The notes below the pieces were generated by a model, which was not told the DNA's origin, did not search any database, and saw nothing but the letters and a program-made list of their open reading frames with translations. A stretch of 64,000 nt of DNA from positions 88,174 through 152,173 of the forward strand of contig CAMDUE010000003.1 of the NCBI GenBank assembly GCA_945877575.1. Reading direction: 5' to 3'. Shown here one piece after another: positions 1 to 10,241 of the stretch (position 1 is its first letter; every line of letters begins with the position of its first letter). This DNA is from Chitinophaga pinensis. Lineage in GTDB: Bacteria; Bacteroidota; Bacteroidia; NS11-12g; UBA955. Position numbers and translations under genes: made by a program.

Positions 1-408
1 GAACTTTTAAGAATGTTCTTATACCATGAACTACCTGAGAAAATTCACCAAGGACTTATTGATCGTTACCAATTAACCAAAGAGTCTATTTTTGAAGCGG
101 TTTACAATAAGCCCAATCCAAACGTTTATCTAGCATCTTTTATGCGCTTCTTGAGCGATAATCGCGACAGCAAATGGGTTCGTGATTTCATTTATAATGG
201 ATTTAGTAAATTCATCAATATCCATATCTGGAAATACGAAAACCACAAAGACGTTCCTGTACACTTTGTAGGTTCAGTGGCATTCCACTTCCAAGATTTG
301 CTCCGTGAAGCTTGCAAAATTCACCGCTTAAACATTGGTGTAATCACCAGCGAGCCCGTGGTTAATTTGGTGGAATACCATCTGAAAAAATTGGGCGTTC
401 ACGCATGA
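1..408 (+). CDS. BadF/BadG-type sugar (N-acetylglucosamine) kinase-like protein, 5'-truncated by window edge
   Basis: Frame is open from base 1. The C-terminal motifs 'PNVYLASF' and 'PVHFVGSVAFHF' are typical of Bacteroidetes GlcNAc-kinase-like ATPases. The stop overlaps the next start (ATGA). Confidence 0.7.
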   Translation, partial: ELLRMFLYHELPEKIHQGLIDRYQLTKESIFEAVYNKPNPNVYLASFMRFLSDNRDSKWVRDFIYNGFSKFINIHIWKYENHKDVPVHFVGSVAFHFQDLLREACKIHRLNIGVITSEPVVNLVEYHLKKLGVHA

Positions 409-1046
409 AACAAGGAATCATCCTTGACTTAGATGGAGTAATTTGCGATACCGCCGAATTCCATTTCAAAGCTTGGAAAAGGCTCGCCGCTGAGTACGAC
501 CTTCTCCTTACTCATGATCACAACGAACAACTCAAAGGAGTTTCTCGTGGGGACTCACTTAAGCTAATTTTAAAATGGGCCGGTCGAGTACTAAGTACAG
601 ATCAATTTAACAGAGATCTTGAACGAAAAAACGGTTGGTACCTTGAACTAGTTGATTCTATGTCAACCAAAGACTTGCTACCGGGTGTTCGCGATTTTTT
701 TGAACGCGCCGTGCGATACAACGTTCCCCTTGCATTAGGTTCTGCCAGTAAGAATGCTCGTTTGGTGCTATCTAAAGTAGGATTGGTTGACACTTTTAAA
801 GGAATTGTAGATGCCTCTACCGTCACCTACGGTAAACCTCATCCCGAAACCTTTTTGAAAGCCGCTGAAATACTGAATATAGCTCCCGAAAACTGCATCG
901 TTTTTGAAGATAGCCTTTCCGGTGTTCAAGCTGCAAAGGCTGCCAACATGTATACCGTTGGAGTTGGAATTCCTCAAGATTTGCCTCTAGCCGATGAATA
1001 CGTGACAAATCTCGGCAATTACGATTTTCACACCTATTTGAATTAA
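405..1046 (+). CDS. pgmB: beta-phosphoglucomutase (HAD family)
   Basis: HAD motif I 'DLDGVICDTAEFHFKAW', 'GSASKNA', 'GKPHPETF' and 'VFEDS'; lies next to a GH65 phosphorylase. Confidence 0.93.
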   Translation: MKQGIILDLDGVICDTAEFHFKAWKRLAAEYDLLLTHDHNEQLKGVSRGDSLKLILKWAGRVLSTDQFNRDLERKNGWYLELVDSMSTKDLLPGVRDFFERAVRYNVPLALGSASKNARLVLSKVGLVDTFKGIVDASTVTYGKPHPETFLKAAEILNIAPENCIVFEDSLSGVQAAKAANMYTVGVGIPQDLPLADEYVTNLGNYDFHTYLN

Positions 1047-1061
1047 CAACACATTATTTCC

Positions 1062-3368
1062 ATGAAATCCTATTTCAAAGTTCACCCTTGGAAGGTCATT
1101 GAAGAAGGTTTTGACCCTCAATACAACGAAGTTGCTGAAAGCGTTTTTGCCATCGGAAATGGCATGATGGGGCAACGCGCAAATTTAGAAGAAACGTACA
1201 CCGGTCATACCCTTCAAGGTACCTATGTGGGTGGGGTTTATTACCCAGATAAAACCCGAGTGGGCTGGTGGAAAAACGGCTATCCAGAATATTTTGCCAA
1301 AGTCATAAACAGTACTTATTGGAGCGGTATTGTATTGAAAATCAACAATGAAGAAGTTGATTTAAAGAATGCCACCATCAACCAGTTCTATCGTGAATTA
1401 GACATGTTCAACGGTGTGTTAAATCGCCGTAGCACCATCACCTTATACAACGGCATTGAGGTTACCATTGAGTCTACCCGTTTTTACAGCCTCATCAACA
1501 AAGAATATTCCGCCCTCCGATACCGCGTTAAAACCAATCAGAATTGCGAGGTTTCCTTAACCAACTACCTAGATGGTGATATATCCAACAAAGACAGCAA
1601 CTACGACGAGAAATTCTGGCTCGAAGAGCATCAAGAAAGCACGTCCAACGAGCTTCATCTATTGGTTAGAACCAAGAAACTCGATTGGCTTTTAGCTACC
1701 TCTTGCGTGGCTCAGTTTTTCCTCGACGGCGAAACTTTTTCTCCCGAACCGCATCACCAAACGCGCTCTAAATATGCGGAAAGTACTTATTCTTTTTCTC
1801 TTTCCGGGGGACATGAATTCGTGTTTGTGAAACACGTCATCTCTGCCAGCAACTTCAATCATCCTAATGATGCTGTCTTAATTCACGCGAAAAATGCCGT
1901 AAAAAAAATGGCTTCCTCCACTTTTGAATCTCACCTCGAAATGAGTTCAAAAGCATGGAACGAAAAATGGAACAACCACGATGTAGTTGTTGAAGGCGAT
2001 GATGCTGCCCAACAAGCCGTTCGTTTCAATATTTATCATCTTAACCAAACCTACTGCGGCGACGACCCACGATTGAACATCGGTCCTAAAGGATTCACCG
2101 GCGAAAAATACGGCGGAAGTACCTATTGGGACACTGAAGCGTATTGCCTCCCGTTCTATCTCGTTTCCAGCCATTCCAGCATATCCAAGCAACTGCTTGT
2201 TTACAGATATAAACAGCTCAATAAGGCCATTGAAAATGCCGCAAAACTAGGATTCAATAACGGTGCGGCTTTATATCCCATGGTTACCATGAACGGTGAA
2301 GAATGCCACAACGAGTGGGAAATCACCTTCGAAGAAATCCACCGAAACGGAGCCATTGCTTATGCCATTCACAACTACATTGAGCATACTGGAGATCGCG
2401 CATACCTTGCCGAAGGCGGATTTGAAGTCCTTTTGGGGATATCCAGATTTTGGGCACAACGAGTTCATTGGAACGCGAGAAAGGAACGTTATGAAATGCA
2501 CGGCGTAACCGGCCCCAACGAATACGAAAATAACGTAAACAACAATTGGTATACCAGTTACATTGCTATGTGGTGTTTGAAATACACCCGTCAATCTGCT
2601 GAATTTTTACAATCCAAATTCCCACAAATTTTTGCAGAAATCAGTCGTAAAACTGCATTTGACCTAGCTGGTGAAACGGCAAAGTGGAATCACGTGGTTG
2701 AAAATATGTATCTCCCCTACGACAAGGAAGATAATGTTTTTGTGCAGCACGATGGTTTCTTAGATAAAGAACTCATTCCCGTTAATGATCTTCCTGCCGC
2801 TGATAGACCCCTAAACCAAAAATGGAGTTGGGACCGAATTTTGCGCAGCGTTTACATCAAACAAGCCGATGTCTTACAAGGTCTCTATTTCTTTGAAGAC
2901 GACTTTGATCAGGAAACACATAAGCGAAACTTCCTATTCTACGAACCCTTCACCGTGCACGAAAGCTCGTTAAGTCCTTGTGTTCACAGCATTTTGGCGG
3001 CCAAAATAGGAGAATTTGACAAGGCATATGAAATGTACTTACGTACTGCTAGGTTAGACCTTGACAATTACAACAACGACACCGAAGACGGACTCCACAT
3101 TACCTCTATGGCAGGAAGTTACTTGAGCATTGTTCAGGGTTTCGGGGGACTAAGAATCAAAAATCTGCATCTTCAACTGTCTCCTTCCCTACCCAATCAG
3201 TGGAAGAAATATGCCTTTAAGATTCTTTATCACAATCAACCTGTAAACATTGAGGTTTCACAGAATCAAGTTTGCATCAGCAACTTGGGTGAATCTACCA
3301 TTGAATTCAGTTTGTATGATCAATTGCATACCTTAAATGCTGGTCAGAGTTCGGTTTTCAATCGTTAA
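1062..3368 (+). CDS. GH65 maltose phosphorylase
   Basis: GH65 motifs 'IGPKGFTGEKYGGSTYWDTE', 'GVTGPNEYENNV', 'IKQADV' and 'HESSLS'. Confidence 0.92.
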   Translation: MKSYFKVHPWKVIEEGFDPQYNEVAESVFAIGNGMMGQRANLEETYTGHTLQGTYVGGVYYPDKTRVGWWKNGYPEYFAKVINSTYWSGIVLKINNEEVDLKNATINQFYRELDMFNGVLNRRSTITLYNGIEVTIESTRFYSLINKEYSALRYRVKTNQNCEVSLTNYLDGDISNKDSNYDEKFWLEEHQESTSNELHLLVRTKKLDWLLATSCVAQFFLDGETFSPEPHHQTRSKYAESTYSFSLSGGHEFVFVKHVISASNFNHPNDAVLIHAKNAVKKMASSTFESHLEMSSKAWNEKWNNHDVVVEGDDAAQQAVRFNIYHLNQTYCGDDPRLNIGPKGFTGEKYGGSTYWDTEAYCLPFYLVSSHSSISKQLLVYRYKQLNKAIENAAKLGFNNGAALYPMVTMNGEECHNEWEITFEEIHRNGAIAYAIHNYIEHTGDRAYLAEGGFEVLLGISRFWAQRVHWNARKERYEMHGVTGPNEYENNVNNNWYTSYIAMWCLKYTRQSAEFLQSKFPQIFAEISRKTAFDLAGETAKWNHVVENMYLPYDKEDNVFVQHDGFLDKELIPVNDLPAADRPLNQKWSWDRILRSVYIKQADVLQGLYFFEDDFDQETHKRNFLFYEPFTVHESSLSPCVHSILAAKIGEFDKAYEMYLRTARLDLDNYNNDTEDGLHITSMAGSYLSIVQGFGGLRIKNLHLQLSPSLPNQWKKYAFKILYHNQPVNIEVSQNQVCISNLGESTIEFSLYDQLHTLNAGQSSVFNR

Positions 3369-3371
3369 TGA

Positions 3372-4640
3372 TTACTTCATCAGTTTGTAAAGGAATTCCA
3401 AATTCACCTCATCTATTCTTGTCATACCATTGGATTTAATTACCGTTTGGGCATTGACAATCTGTACATTGAAATAAGGCAACAACTGTGATAGATCAGT
3501 TGCTTGACTTTCACTCAATTCAACGGCTTTGCTAAAATCAAATCCCAAAGGGGTACAAATGAGCATTGCTGCATACTTTACTTCATCTGAATTCTTAAAC
3601 AAAGCCTTATCAGCTTCTGTCAATTGACTGTTCCTCAAATCAGGAAACGTCTTCACCATGCGCTGCACGTTCACAAACTTAGATTCAAACCCTTGTATCA
3701 TCCAGGCTGCAGAAATGTATTTACCAGTTTTAAATGGTAGAGGGGTGTTGGTAGTTGGTACTGGGTTGTTGGTAGTTGGTAGGGGGTCGTTGGTAGGGGG
3801 CAGAGGGTCGGGGGTAGTTGGTAGACTGTCTTGATTTATTACTGAGCCGACGGGGAATTCACTATATAGTAGTCTTTTTCCATAGCGATAACGGTCTTTA
3901 TTTACCATGGCAATATAATTTTGCATATTGTCTTGGCGGTAGTTGATTCTAAATTTGACTTTTTTGGAGGTATTTTGAAGTTCATGAATCACTACCTCTG
4001 GAATGGCCGTCCAATTCAATACGAAGCCTGCCCCTAAAACTGCACCAATGGGGGCTAATATTAAACCTGCTACTGGCTCTTCAATTTCATAATTCACAAT
4101 AACAAAGGTAATAATCGCACCAGCAACAGCACCAACAGAACCATCTCTAATCAACTTATCTTCTAAGGTATTTCCGCGTCTGATATACCAAATATCATTA
4201 TATGGCACAAAGCCCAATTTCTTGACTGATTTTCGATACAAATAAACTCCGTTTGAATCTGCTGCAATTAATTTCCCTTTTGTAAGCTTCCGTTTTTGAG
4301 AAAAGATCTTGTCTTTCCTTTTTTGATCTCCGAATTTCAAATAAACCTGCTGTCTTACTAAACCACTCCTTGAAAACTGTCCAATTGACATTTTCACTTT
4401 ATAATAAGGCGTCTTCTGTAAGCGATATCTATTTCGCAGAGAATCAAGCAGTTCTTGGGTGATATCGTAATATGAAATGGTGCCAAGATTCGTATTATTT
4501 AAAGGCGGCAAAGGTCTATTGGAAATACTGAGAGCCGATTCGCTTCCACTTCCCATAAGTCCTTGCCCGAAGGAATATCCCCCGGAAAAAAAAGAAAAAA
4601 CTAACGCAATAATCCTTAAAGACAAAGCACTTTTTTGCAT
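3372..4640 (-). CDS. hypothetical secreted/membrane protein with Pro/Thr linker
   Basis: 422-aa ORF with a signal-peptide-like N-terminus, two glycine-rich hydrophobic helices and a PLPTTND-type repeat linker. Confidence 0.7.
   Translation of the reverse strand: MQKSALSLRIIALVFSFFSGGYSFGQGLMGSGSESALSISNRPLPPLNNTNLGTISYYDITQELLDSLRNRYRLQKTPYYKVKMSIGQFSRSGLVRQQVYLKFGDQKRKDKIFSQKRKLTKGKLIAADSNGVYLYRKSVKKLGFVPYNDIWYIRRGNTLEDKLIRDGSVGAVAGAIITFVIVNYEIEEPVAGLILAPIGAVLGAGFVLNWTAIPEVVIHELQNTSKKVKFRINYRQDNMQNYIAMVNKDRYRYGKRLLYSEFPVGSVINQDSLPTTPDPLPPTNDPLPTTNNPVPTTNTPLPFKTGKYISAAWMIQGFESKFVNVQRMVKTFPDLRNSQLTEADKALFKNSDEVKYAAMLICTPLGFDFSKAVELSESQATDLSQLLPYFNVQIVNAQTVIKSNGMTRIDEVNLEFLYKLMK
3735..3825. 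repeat. degenerate 7-bp tandem repeat (TTGGTAG family) inside CDS
   Basis: Units such as ttggtag, ttggtac, gggtgt and gggtcg recur with 7/21-bp periodicity. Confidence 0.7.
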
Positions 4641-4702
4641 GGAACGAAACTAACAACTCTCATTCAAACAAATTTTGCATTTTTTGCAAATGACCCAAAA
4701 AG

Positions 4703-4723
4703 AATTACGGAAAATCCTTAATT
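4703..4723. promoter_or_regulatory. near-palindromic operator-like site AATTACGGAAAATCCTTAATT
   Basis: 20 of 21 bases are identical to the perfect palindrome at 46112-46132. It lies about 60 bp upstream of the 3372..4640 gene. Confidence 0.5.
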
Positions 4724-4725
4724 GT

Positions 4726-6264
4726 CTAATTCTTTATGAATCTAAATATTGAATCCCCTTGCGAGCCAGCGCTATGAATAATATATACGCCAACCGGCCA
4801 ATCCTGAATATTGATGGAGATTGTGGGAGAAATTACATTATCTCCATACATCAGATTGCCAACGGAATTGTACACGCGAATATTAGACCTGTAAGGCAAA
4901 TTAATAACTCTGATCTCATTGGTTGAGGGATTTGGATAAGCCACGATTTTATTTTTATTTATCCCTGAAACATTCAACATCTTTAAAGGTGTGGTATCTA
5001 ACTCCAAGTTTTCATCGCCCGTTTTATAGAGGGTATACCAATAATAAATGAGAAACATTTCATCAGCAGTTCCCTCACCCGCGGCAACATCTCTGGGCGG
5101 CATGTTGGGATTGTGAGGATTGGCATACGTATTGTCATAGGTGGCCTTGCCCCATAATACGGAACCCTTGGGTGATACGATAGGTTTCCTGAATTGATAA
5201 GCCATTTGCCAGTGAAAATCCCACTTTGGAATGTCAATAATATCTGTGGTATCAACGCCGTTTACGAGGAAAGATTTAATCGAATCCCCCAAAAGATGCA
5301 TATGAGGTGCAACAGCAAGGAGGCTGATTTTAGCGGGCATAACAAATCGATTGGAAAAGGATTTAATGGTATTAGCCTCGATATACAAAGGTCCGTTTAT
5401 CAATGAGTTGTTGCTAAAATTCAAAGGGGATTGCACAAAAACCTCCCTTTGACTTTTGGGGTCTTCTAACATTAAATTCAACTTAGTAGAATCCCAAATT
5501 TGATTGATACCCGGAGGATAGTGTATTTGTATAACAATGACACTGTTCTTTTTCAATCTTGCAGCAAAGTCCAAAGGATAGATAAAAGGAGATTGACCAG
5601 GAACATACATACCCATTAGGACCGACGTAGCACTACCGGTACTTCCAAAAGCGGAATATCCCGGCTCCGGATCGGCATTATCCAATTGAAGTGGTTTTTG
5701 AGAAGTATCTTGAAAGATCAATACGTGATGTACAATTTTTCGATTACCAGGAACAACTTCCATTCCCTTAATCATTTTATCAATAAATAAATTACTTGGA
5801 ATAGCGAAACATCGATAAACATCATCATTGGTTTTCACCAAATAAGGAGTCATTTTATAGGTAGCATCAACCCTTGGCAAATCACTTTTTGAATTTTGAA
5901 CGGGCTTCTTCGGCTCTTTGGAAGTATCTCCTTGGGGATGATTGTTCTCGTTCCAACGCTTAATTACATCTATTTCATAAGCTGATAATACATTTTCATG
6001 GGCATACCTATTCTTCTCGAGGCTTGCTGGGAATGGTGGCATTCGCTTTGCTTGTGTAGCGGAAACCACAGCATTACCTAAATATTTCACCTCATTATAA
6101 TTGCTCAATGCGAAAGGAGCAATACCTCCCGCACTGTGGCAGGGTGTGCAACTCTTATAGATGATGGGTGCCACATGCTCGCTCCAGTTGGGGCCAGATT
6201 GAGCGTCGATCTTTAATACCGAAAAAATCAAAAAAGATAAAACTGAAAACCGCTTGAATTGCAT
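4726..6264 (-). CDS. copper type II ascorbate-dependent monooxygenase-like protein with N-terminal c-type heme motif and T9SS C-terminal domain
   Basis: CxxCH motif 'CTPCH'; Cu-ligand-like 'VHHVL', 'QIHY', 'PHMH' and 'DEM'; C-terminal 'AYPNPS...GVYII...FIKN'. Confidence 0.8.
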   Translation of the reverse strand: MQFKRFSVLSFLIFSVLKIDAQSGPNWSEHVAPIIYKSCTPCHSAGGIAPFALSNYNEVKYLGNAVVSATQAKRMPPFPASLEKNRYAHENVLSAYEIDVIKRWNENNHPQGDTSKEPKKPVQNSKSDLPRVDATYKMTPYLVKTNDDVYRCFAIPSNLFIDKMIKGMEVVPGNRKIVHHVLIFQDTSQKPLQLDNADPEPGYSAFGSTGSATSVLMGMYVPGQSPFIYPLDFAARLKKNSVIVIQIHYPPGINQIWDSTKLNLMLEDPKSQREVFVQSPLNFSNNSLINGPLYIEANTIKSFSNRFVMPAKISLLAVAPHMHLLGDSIKSFLVNGVDTTDIIDIPKWDFHWQMAYQFRKPIVSPKGSVLWGKATYDNTYANPHNPNMPPRDVAAGEGTADEMFLIYYWYTLYKTGDENLELDTTPLKMLNVSGINKNKIVAYPNPSTNEIRVINLPYRSNIRVYNSVGNLMYGDNVISPTISINIQDWPVGVYIIHSAGSQGDSIFRFIKN

Positions 6265-6314
6265 ACCTTAATTAGACGACTTAAACCTAAAAAGGTTTAC
6301 TTGCATTTTAAAAT

Positions 6315-6322
6315 TATCTTTG
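6315..6322 (+). promoter_or_regulatory. Bacteroidetes -7 promoter element TATCTTTG
   Basis: Exact TAnnTTTG consensus 4 nt before the GTG start at 6327. Confidence 0.6.
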
Positions 6323-6326
6323 CAAT

Positions 6327-7220
6327 GTGCTTTTAACCGTAACTCCAGATACGCTGCCCGAATACGAACTCATTGACAGCGGCAACTTCGAAAAATTAGA
6401 ACGCTTCGGCAAGTGGGTCCTCAGAAGGCCAGAACCACAAGCAGTTTGGAGTAAAAGTCTTCCCGAAGAACAATGGAAGAATCTATCTCATGCCGAATTC
6501 TTCAGAAAGACCAACGATAAATTGGATGCAGATGCTGGTAACTGGACCATTAAAAGAGGAATGCCAGACAGATGGTTAGTCAATTACAAAAAAGGAAGTC
6601 TTAATTTCAACATGAGGTTGGCTTTGACCTCTTTCAAACATGTGGGAATTTTCCCTGAGCAAGCGAGCAATTGGGACTTTATTGCAACCAAATGTAAGAC
6701 ATTCAAACACCAACCTAAAGTATTGAACTTGTTTGCCTACACTGGAGGTGCATCGCTAGCTGCATGTCAATCGGGCGCAGACATTACTCACGTTGATAGC
6801 GTGAAACAAGTAGTAACATGGAGCAGAGAAAATATGGAATCATCTAACCTAGACGGAATTCGTTGGGTCATTGAAGATGCCTTTAAATTTGTTCAACGAG
6901 AAGTGAAACGAGGCAAAAAATACGACGGCATTATACTTGATCCACCCGCTTATGGAAGGGGACCGCAAGGCGAAAAATGGGTACTTGAAAAACAGATCAA
7001 TGAGTTGTTGCAAATGTGCTCGGAAATTCTTGCCCCTCAAGGGTTTTTCATCATTAATTTATATTCTTTGGGATTTTCAGCGTTGATCACTGAGAACTTA
7101 ATTTATCAGCATTTTAAAACCCATTTAAAGAATTCCAATGCAAAGATTGAGCTGGGTGAATTATATTTAACTGATAAATTCAAGAAGAAACTTCCGTTGG
7201 GTACGTTTTTGAGGTTTTAA
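6327..7220 (+). CDS. class I SAM-dependent methyltransferase (RlmI/RlmK-like)
   Basis: 'YELIDSGNFEKLERFG', 'HVGIFPEQ', 'VLNLFAYTGGAS' and 'ILDPPAYGRG'. Confidence 0.88.
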   Translation: MLLTVTPDTLPEYELIDSGNFEKLERFGKWVLRRPEPQAVWSKSLPEEQWKNLSHAEFFRKTNDKLDADAGNWTIKRGMPDRWLVNYKKGSLNFNMRLALTSFKHVGIFPEQASNWDFIATKCKTFKHQPKVLNLFAYTGGASLAACQSGADITHVDSVKQVVTWSRENMESSNLDGIRWVIEDAFKFVQREVKRGKKYDGIILDPPAYGRGPQGEKWVLEKQINELLQMCSEILAPQGFFIINLYSLGFSALITENLIYQHFKTHLKNSNAKIELGELYLTDKFKKKLPLGTFLRF

Positions 7221-7574
7221 ACACTTCAAACGATACCCTTATCGCAAAAAGAAACCTACTTTTAAAACGAAGGACAAGATCTAACTGATTTTCTCTTTAT
7301 GGGATTAAAATCAGCCCTGTGCGTTGATTTACAGGCACTTAAAAACACAATAAGACCTAAAACAAGTGTAATAATCTTAAAAGACTTTTTCATTTACGAA
7401 TTATTTATGATGCAAAGTTAAGATATAAAATAGTTAACGCAGAAGCTCAAAATTTATTTTACAAATGATTAATCTACTACTAACAGGTTTAAAACCTCAA
7501 ATAATTTGGACTAGCAAGTTGTTACATCTTGAAAAATAAATAAAAATACGAATCCAATTATGTTTTAAATCAAA

Positions 7575-7623
7575 AAGAGATACCCTATTGTAAATGATTA
7601 ATATTTACAATAGGGTATCTCTT
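7575..7623. terminator. 21-bp perfect stem-loop, probable intrinsic terminator for the TonB-receptor operon
   Basis: AAGAGATACCCTATTGTAAAT-gattaat-ATTTACAATAGGGTATCTCTT, 30 nt past the TBDR stop, with a T-run on the minus strand. Confidence 0.7.
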
Positions 7624-7652
7624 CAAATGAAACTATTGAGTAAAAAAAAAGA

Positions 7653-10235
7653 TTAATCTAAGGTCCAGACAACACCTAAAGATACTGCACATGGGTCTCT
7701 GCGATGAGAAAAGATATTATCACCGGTCACAGCCGAACTATTTATATAACCATTATAAAACTGCAAAGAACCATTGGCATTGACGTCATTGTACAAAATA
7801 TCTGAAACATTAAGTACATTATCAACTTTGAATCTTAAATCAATATTCTTCTTGATATTATAATTTGAAGTTATATTCAACATGAATCCAGTTTTTTGGA
7901 TAATTGAAAAGAAATCAACTTCAGTTCCCGCAATCAGGTATCTATCTCCTTGGTAAAATCCAGAAATTGATACATAACCTTTATTCTTAGGGAATATACC
8001 CGTTATCTGAGCGTTAATCACGTAAGGTGATTGTCCTATCATTGGGGTCTTTGTTAAAACAATACTATCCTTCTCTTTAGTCCCTTGGTTTTCGAATAAT
8101 AATGAAATATTATAACTAAAATTCATCATCAACTCAATTCTTTCAAAATATTTTTTAGACCTTAGTTTGATCATCTTTTGAAGTTCAATTTCTCCACCAT
8201 AAGTGATTGAGTTGTGATAATTGCTAAAAATAAAAGCATTTTGACCTTGAATTTTACCAATTACGGGATCATGGATATTCTTATAAAACAAACCGTAATT
8301 AAGTGTAAGATTTTTTGCATAAGTCTCATATCGAATCTCAAAATTATCTACCACTGACACTGGCTTCAAACTTGCATTTCCGTATGCTTCTAACCAATTC
8401 TTAATATCCAAATACTCCAACGGTGAAAACTCCCTTAATTCAGGTCTATTACACGTTTTACCAGCCGCAAATCGAATTTGTTTCGCTGGATTAATCTTGT
8501 AAGTCACATTCAAACTTGGGAAGAAATTATTGCTCTTTCTAACAATTTCGCCAGTATTATATTTCAATTCAAATCCTTCACTTCTCAATGTGAAATTTGT
8601 ATATTCATAGCGAACTCCAGTGTTTATATTCCATTTCTTACCACTGTAATTATATTGTACGAAACCTGCATTAGTAGTTAATGTTGCCTCGTATGAATTG
8701 TAGGGCCAAGTATATTCATCTATCAACACACCGGTATGGCTATCCACAGTATCTGTCCATGTTGAATTTACCATACCTAAACAACGCAAGTCGAAATCTC
8801 TTTTGGTTTGATCTAATCTAAGCCCGGTTTTAAAACTAGAACTTTCATTTACCTTATAGGTAAAATCAAGTCTACCTTGAAGAGCATCCTCTGGAAGACT
8901 ATAAAACCACCTACCGTATTTCAATTGATCCATGATAAAGGCATATTCCTTTCGAAAGTCAAAAGTAGTTGTATTTCCAAGCGGGCTATCATCACGAGTC
9001 AATAAAGCATTTTTTCGATCCAAATCTAGAAATCTAGATAGATTCATACTTCCACCACCTTCAATTTTGAATTTCCCGTTATTGAAATCTTTAGAAAGAT
9101 TTAATGAACTAATTAAAAATCTTCTGTAAACATTAGAACTAGAATATTGCTTAAAGGAAATATATTCATAAATTCCATTCTCCCCATAATTGCCGGGAAG
9201 GGCATAACCTTGTCTATTTAAAACATTGAATTCCGCATTGTTAACCAATAACGTTTTAAAATCAGCCCTAAACCCAGTTTTATTCCCATACGTGAAATTA
9301 TTCAAAAGGCTCACTCTGTTAGTGGTTGTAAAGTTGTTGTCGGAAAAATTCAAAGTCCTAGAAATGTCTGGTATAGTTCTCAATGAAGATCGACGTAAAA
9401 CTCTATTCTCATGTCTATTCTCTACAACAAACATATGACTTGAACCGAAAAAACCGTTTCTAACTTTTACTCTATTAGTACGTAAGATTCTGAAATTAAA
9501 ATTGGGCACCAATTGCGATTTTAATTCAATCGGAAAATAATTATCATTAAATTCACTGGTTAACTGTTTTCTTTCAGCCACACTAATATCAGATTCATCA
9601 ATTCTCCTGTCTTTCCAGTCATTTGGAAGGTCATTGATTCCAGGATTTAATCCAAACAAATTTTTACCCTTATTATCCTGAACAAAAAATTTCTGACCCA
9701 AGGTTTGAAAATCTCCACCCATGGAAAAACTGAATTTCCATTGATTCTTATCGGGTAAGGATAAAGTTTCAATATTTACAATTCCACCGCAAAAATCAGC
9801 TGGATACTCTGCAGAAGCCGATTTCAAGACCTTAATATTGTCTAAAACTGCGGAAGGTAAAACATCCAAAGAAAACATACGAATATCTGGATCAAAACTT
9901 GGAGCTTTAAAGTTATCCAACATCACCACATTGTAACGTGGAGACACGCCACGTATTACGAGTTTTCCATCGTCCATGACATTAACACCTGAAATTTTCT
10001 TGACTGCATCGCTGGCGTTGTTAACCTGAATAACTCCTATGGTTTCTGCACTAAGACCATTCATTACCAAACCAGCACTTTTAATATCCTGGTTCATTGC
10101 CTGTCTGCTTCGTGAATTTCTAAATACTTTTATGTTCACTTCTTCAGATCTCATAGTATCTGAATCTTCATTCAAATTTTGCGAAAAAGAAAAATGAACG
10201 CTAAATATTAAGACGAATAAAAATATATGTCTCAT
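7653..10235 (-). CDS. TonB-dependent receptor
   Basis: Plug 'NASDAVKKISGV...IRGVSPRYN...SLDVLPS', amphipathic beta strands, 'NRPELREFSP' and C-terminal 'LGVVWTLD'. Confidence 0.9.
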   Translation of the reverse strand: MRHIFLFVLIFSVHFSFSQNLNEDSDTMRSEEVNIKVFRNSRSRQAMNQDIKSAGLVMNGLSAETIGVIQVNNASDAVKKISGVNVMDDGKLVIRGVSPRYNVVMLDNFKAPSFDPDIRMFSLDVLPSAVLDNIKVLKSASAEYPADFCGGIVNIETLSLPDKNQWKFSFSMGGDFQTLGQKFFVQDNKGKNLFGLNPGINDLPNDWKDRRIDESDISVAERKQLTSEFNDNYFPIELKSQLVPNFNFRILRTNRVKVRNGFFGSSHMFVVENRHENRVLRRSSLRTIPDISRTLNFSDNNFTTTNRVSLLNNFTYGNKTGFRADFKTLLVNNAEFNVLNRQGYALPGNYGENGIYEYISFKQYSSSNVYRRFLISSLNLSKDFNNGKFKIEGGGSMNLSRFLDLDRKNALLTRDDSPLGNTTTFDFRKEYAFIMDQLKYGRWFYSLPEDALQGRLDFTYKVNESSSFKTGLRLDQTKRDFDLRCLGMVNSTWTDTVDSHTGVLIDEYTWPYNSYEATLTTNAGFVQYNYSGKKWNINTGVRYEYTNFTLRSEGFELKYNTGEIVRKSNNFFPSLNVTYKINPAKQIRFAAGKTCNRPELREFSPLEYLDIKNWLEAYGNASLKPVSVVDNFEIRYETYAKNLTLNYGLFYKNIHDPVIGKIQGQNAFIFSNYHNSITYGGEIELQKMIKLRSKKYFERIELMMNFSYNISLLFENQGTKEKDSIVLTKTPMIGQSPYVINAQITGIFPKNKGYVSISGFYQGDRYLIAGTEVDFFSIIQKTGFMLNITSNYNIKKNIDLRFKVDNVLNVSDILYNDVNANGSLQFYNGYINSSAVTGDNIFSHRRDPCAVSLGVVWTLD

Positions 10236-10241
10236 AATAAA

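Noticed and set aside
1-3368. Maltose utilisation operon as a novelty
   Set aside because: pgmB plus GH65 is a common, well-understood arrangement.
7221-7560. Possible ncRNA or att site in the long intergenic region
   Set aside because: Only weak hairpins are present, with no recognisable RNA family and no matching repeat at the other island border.
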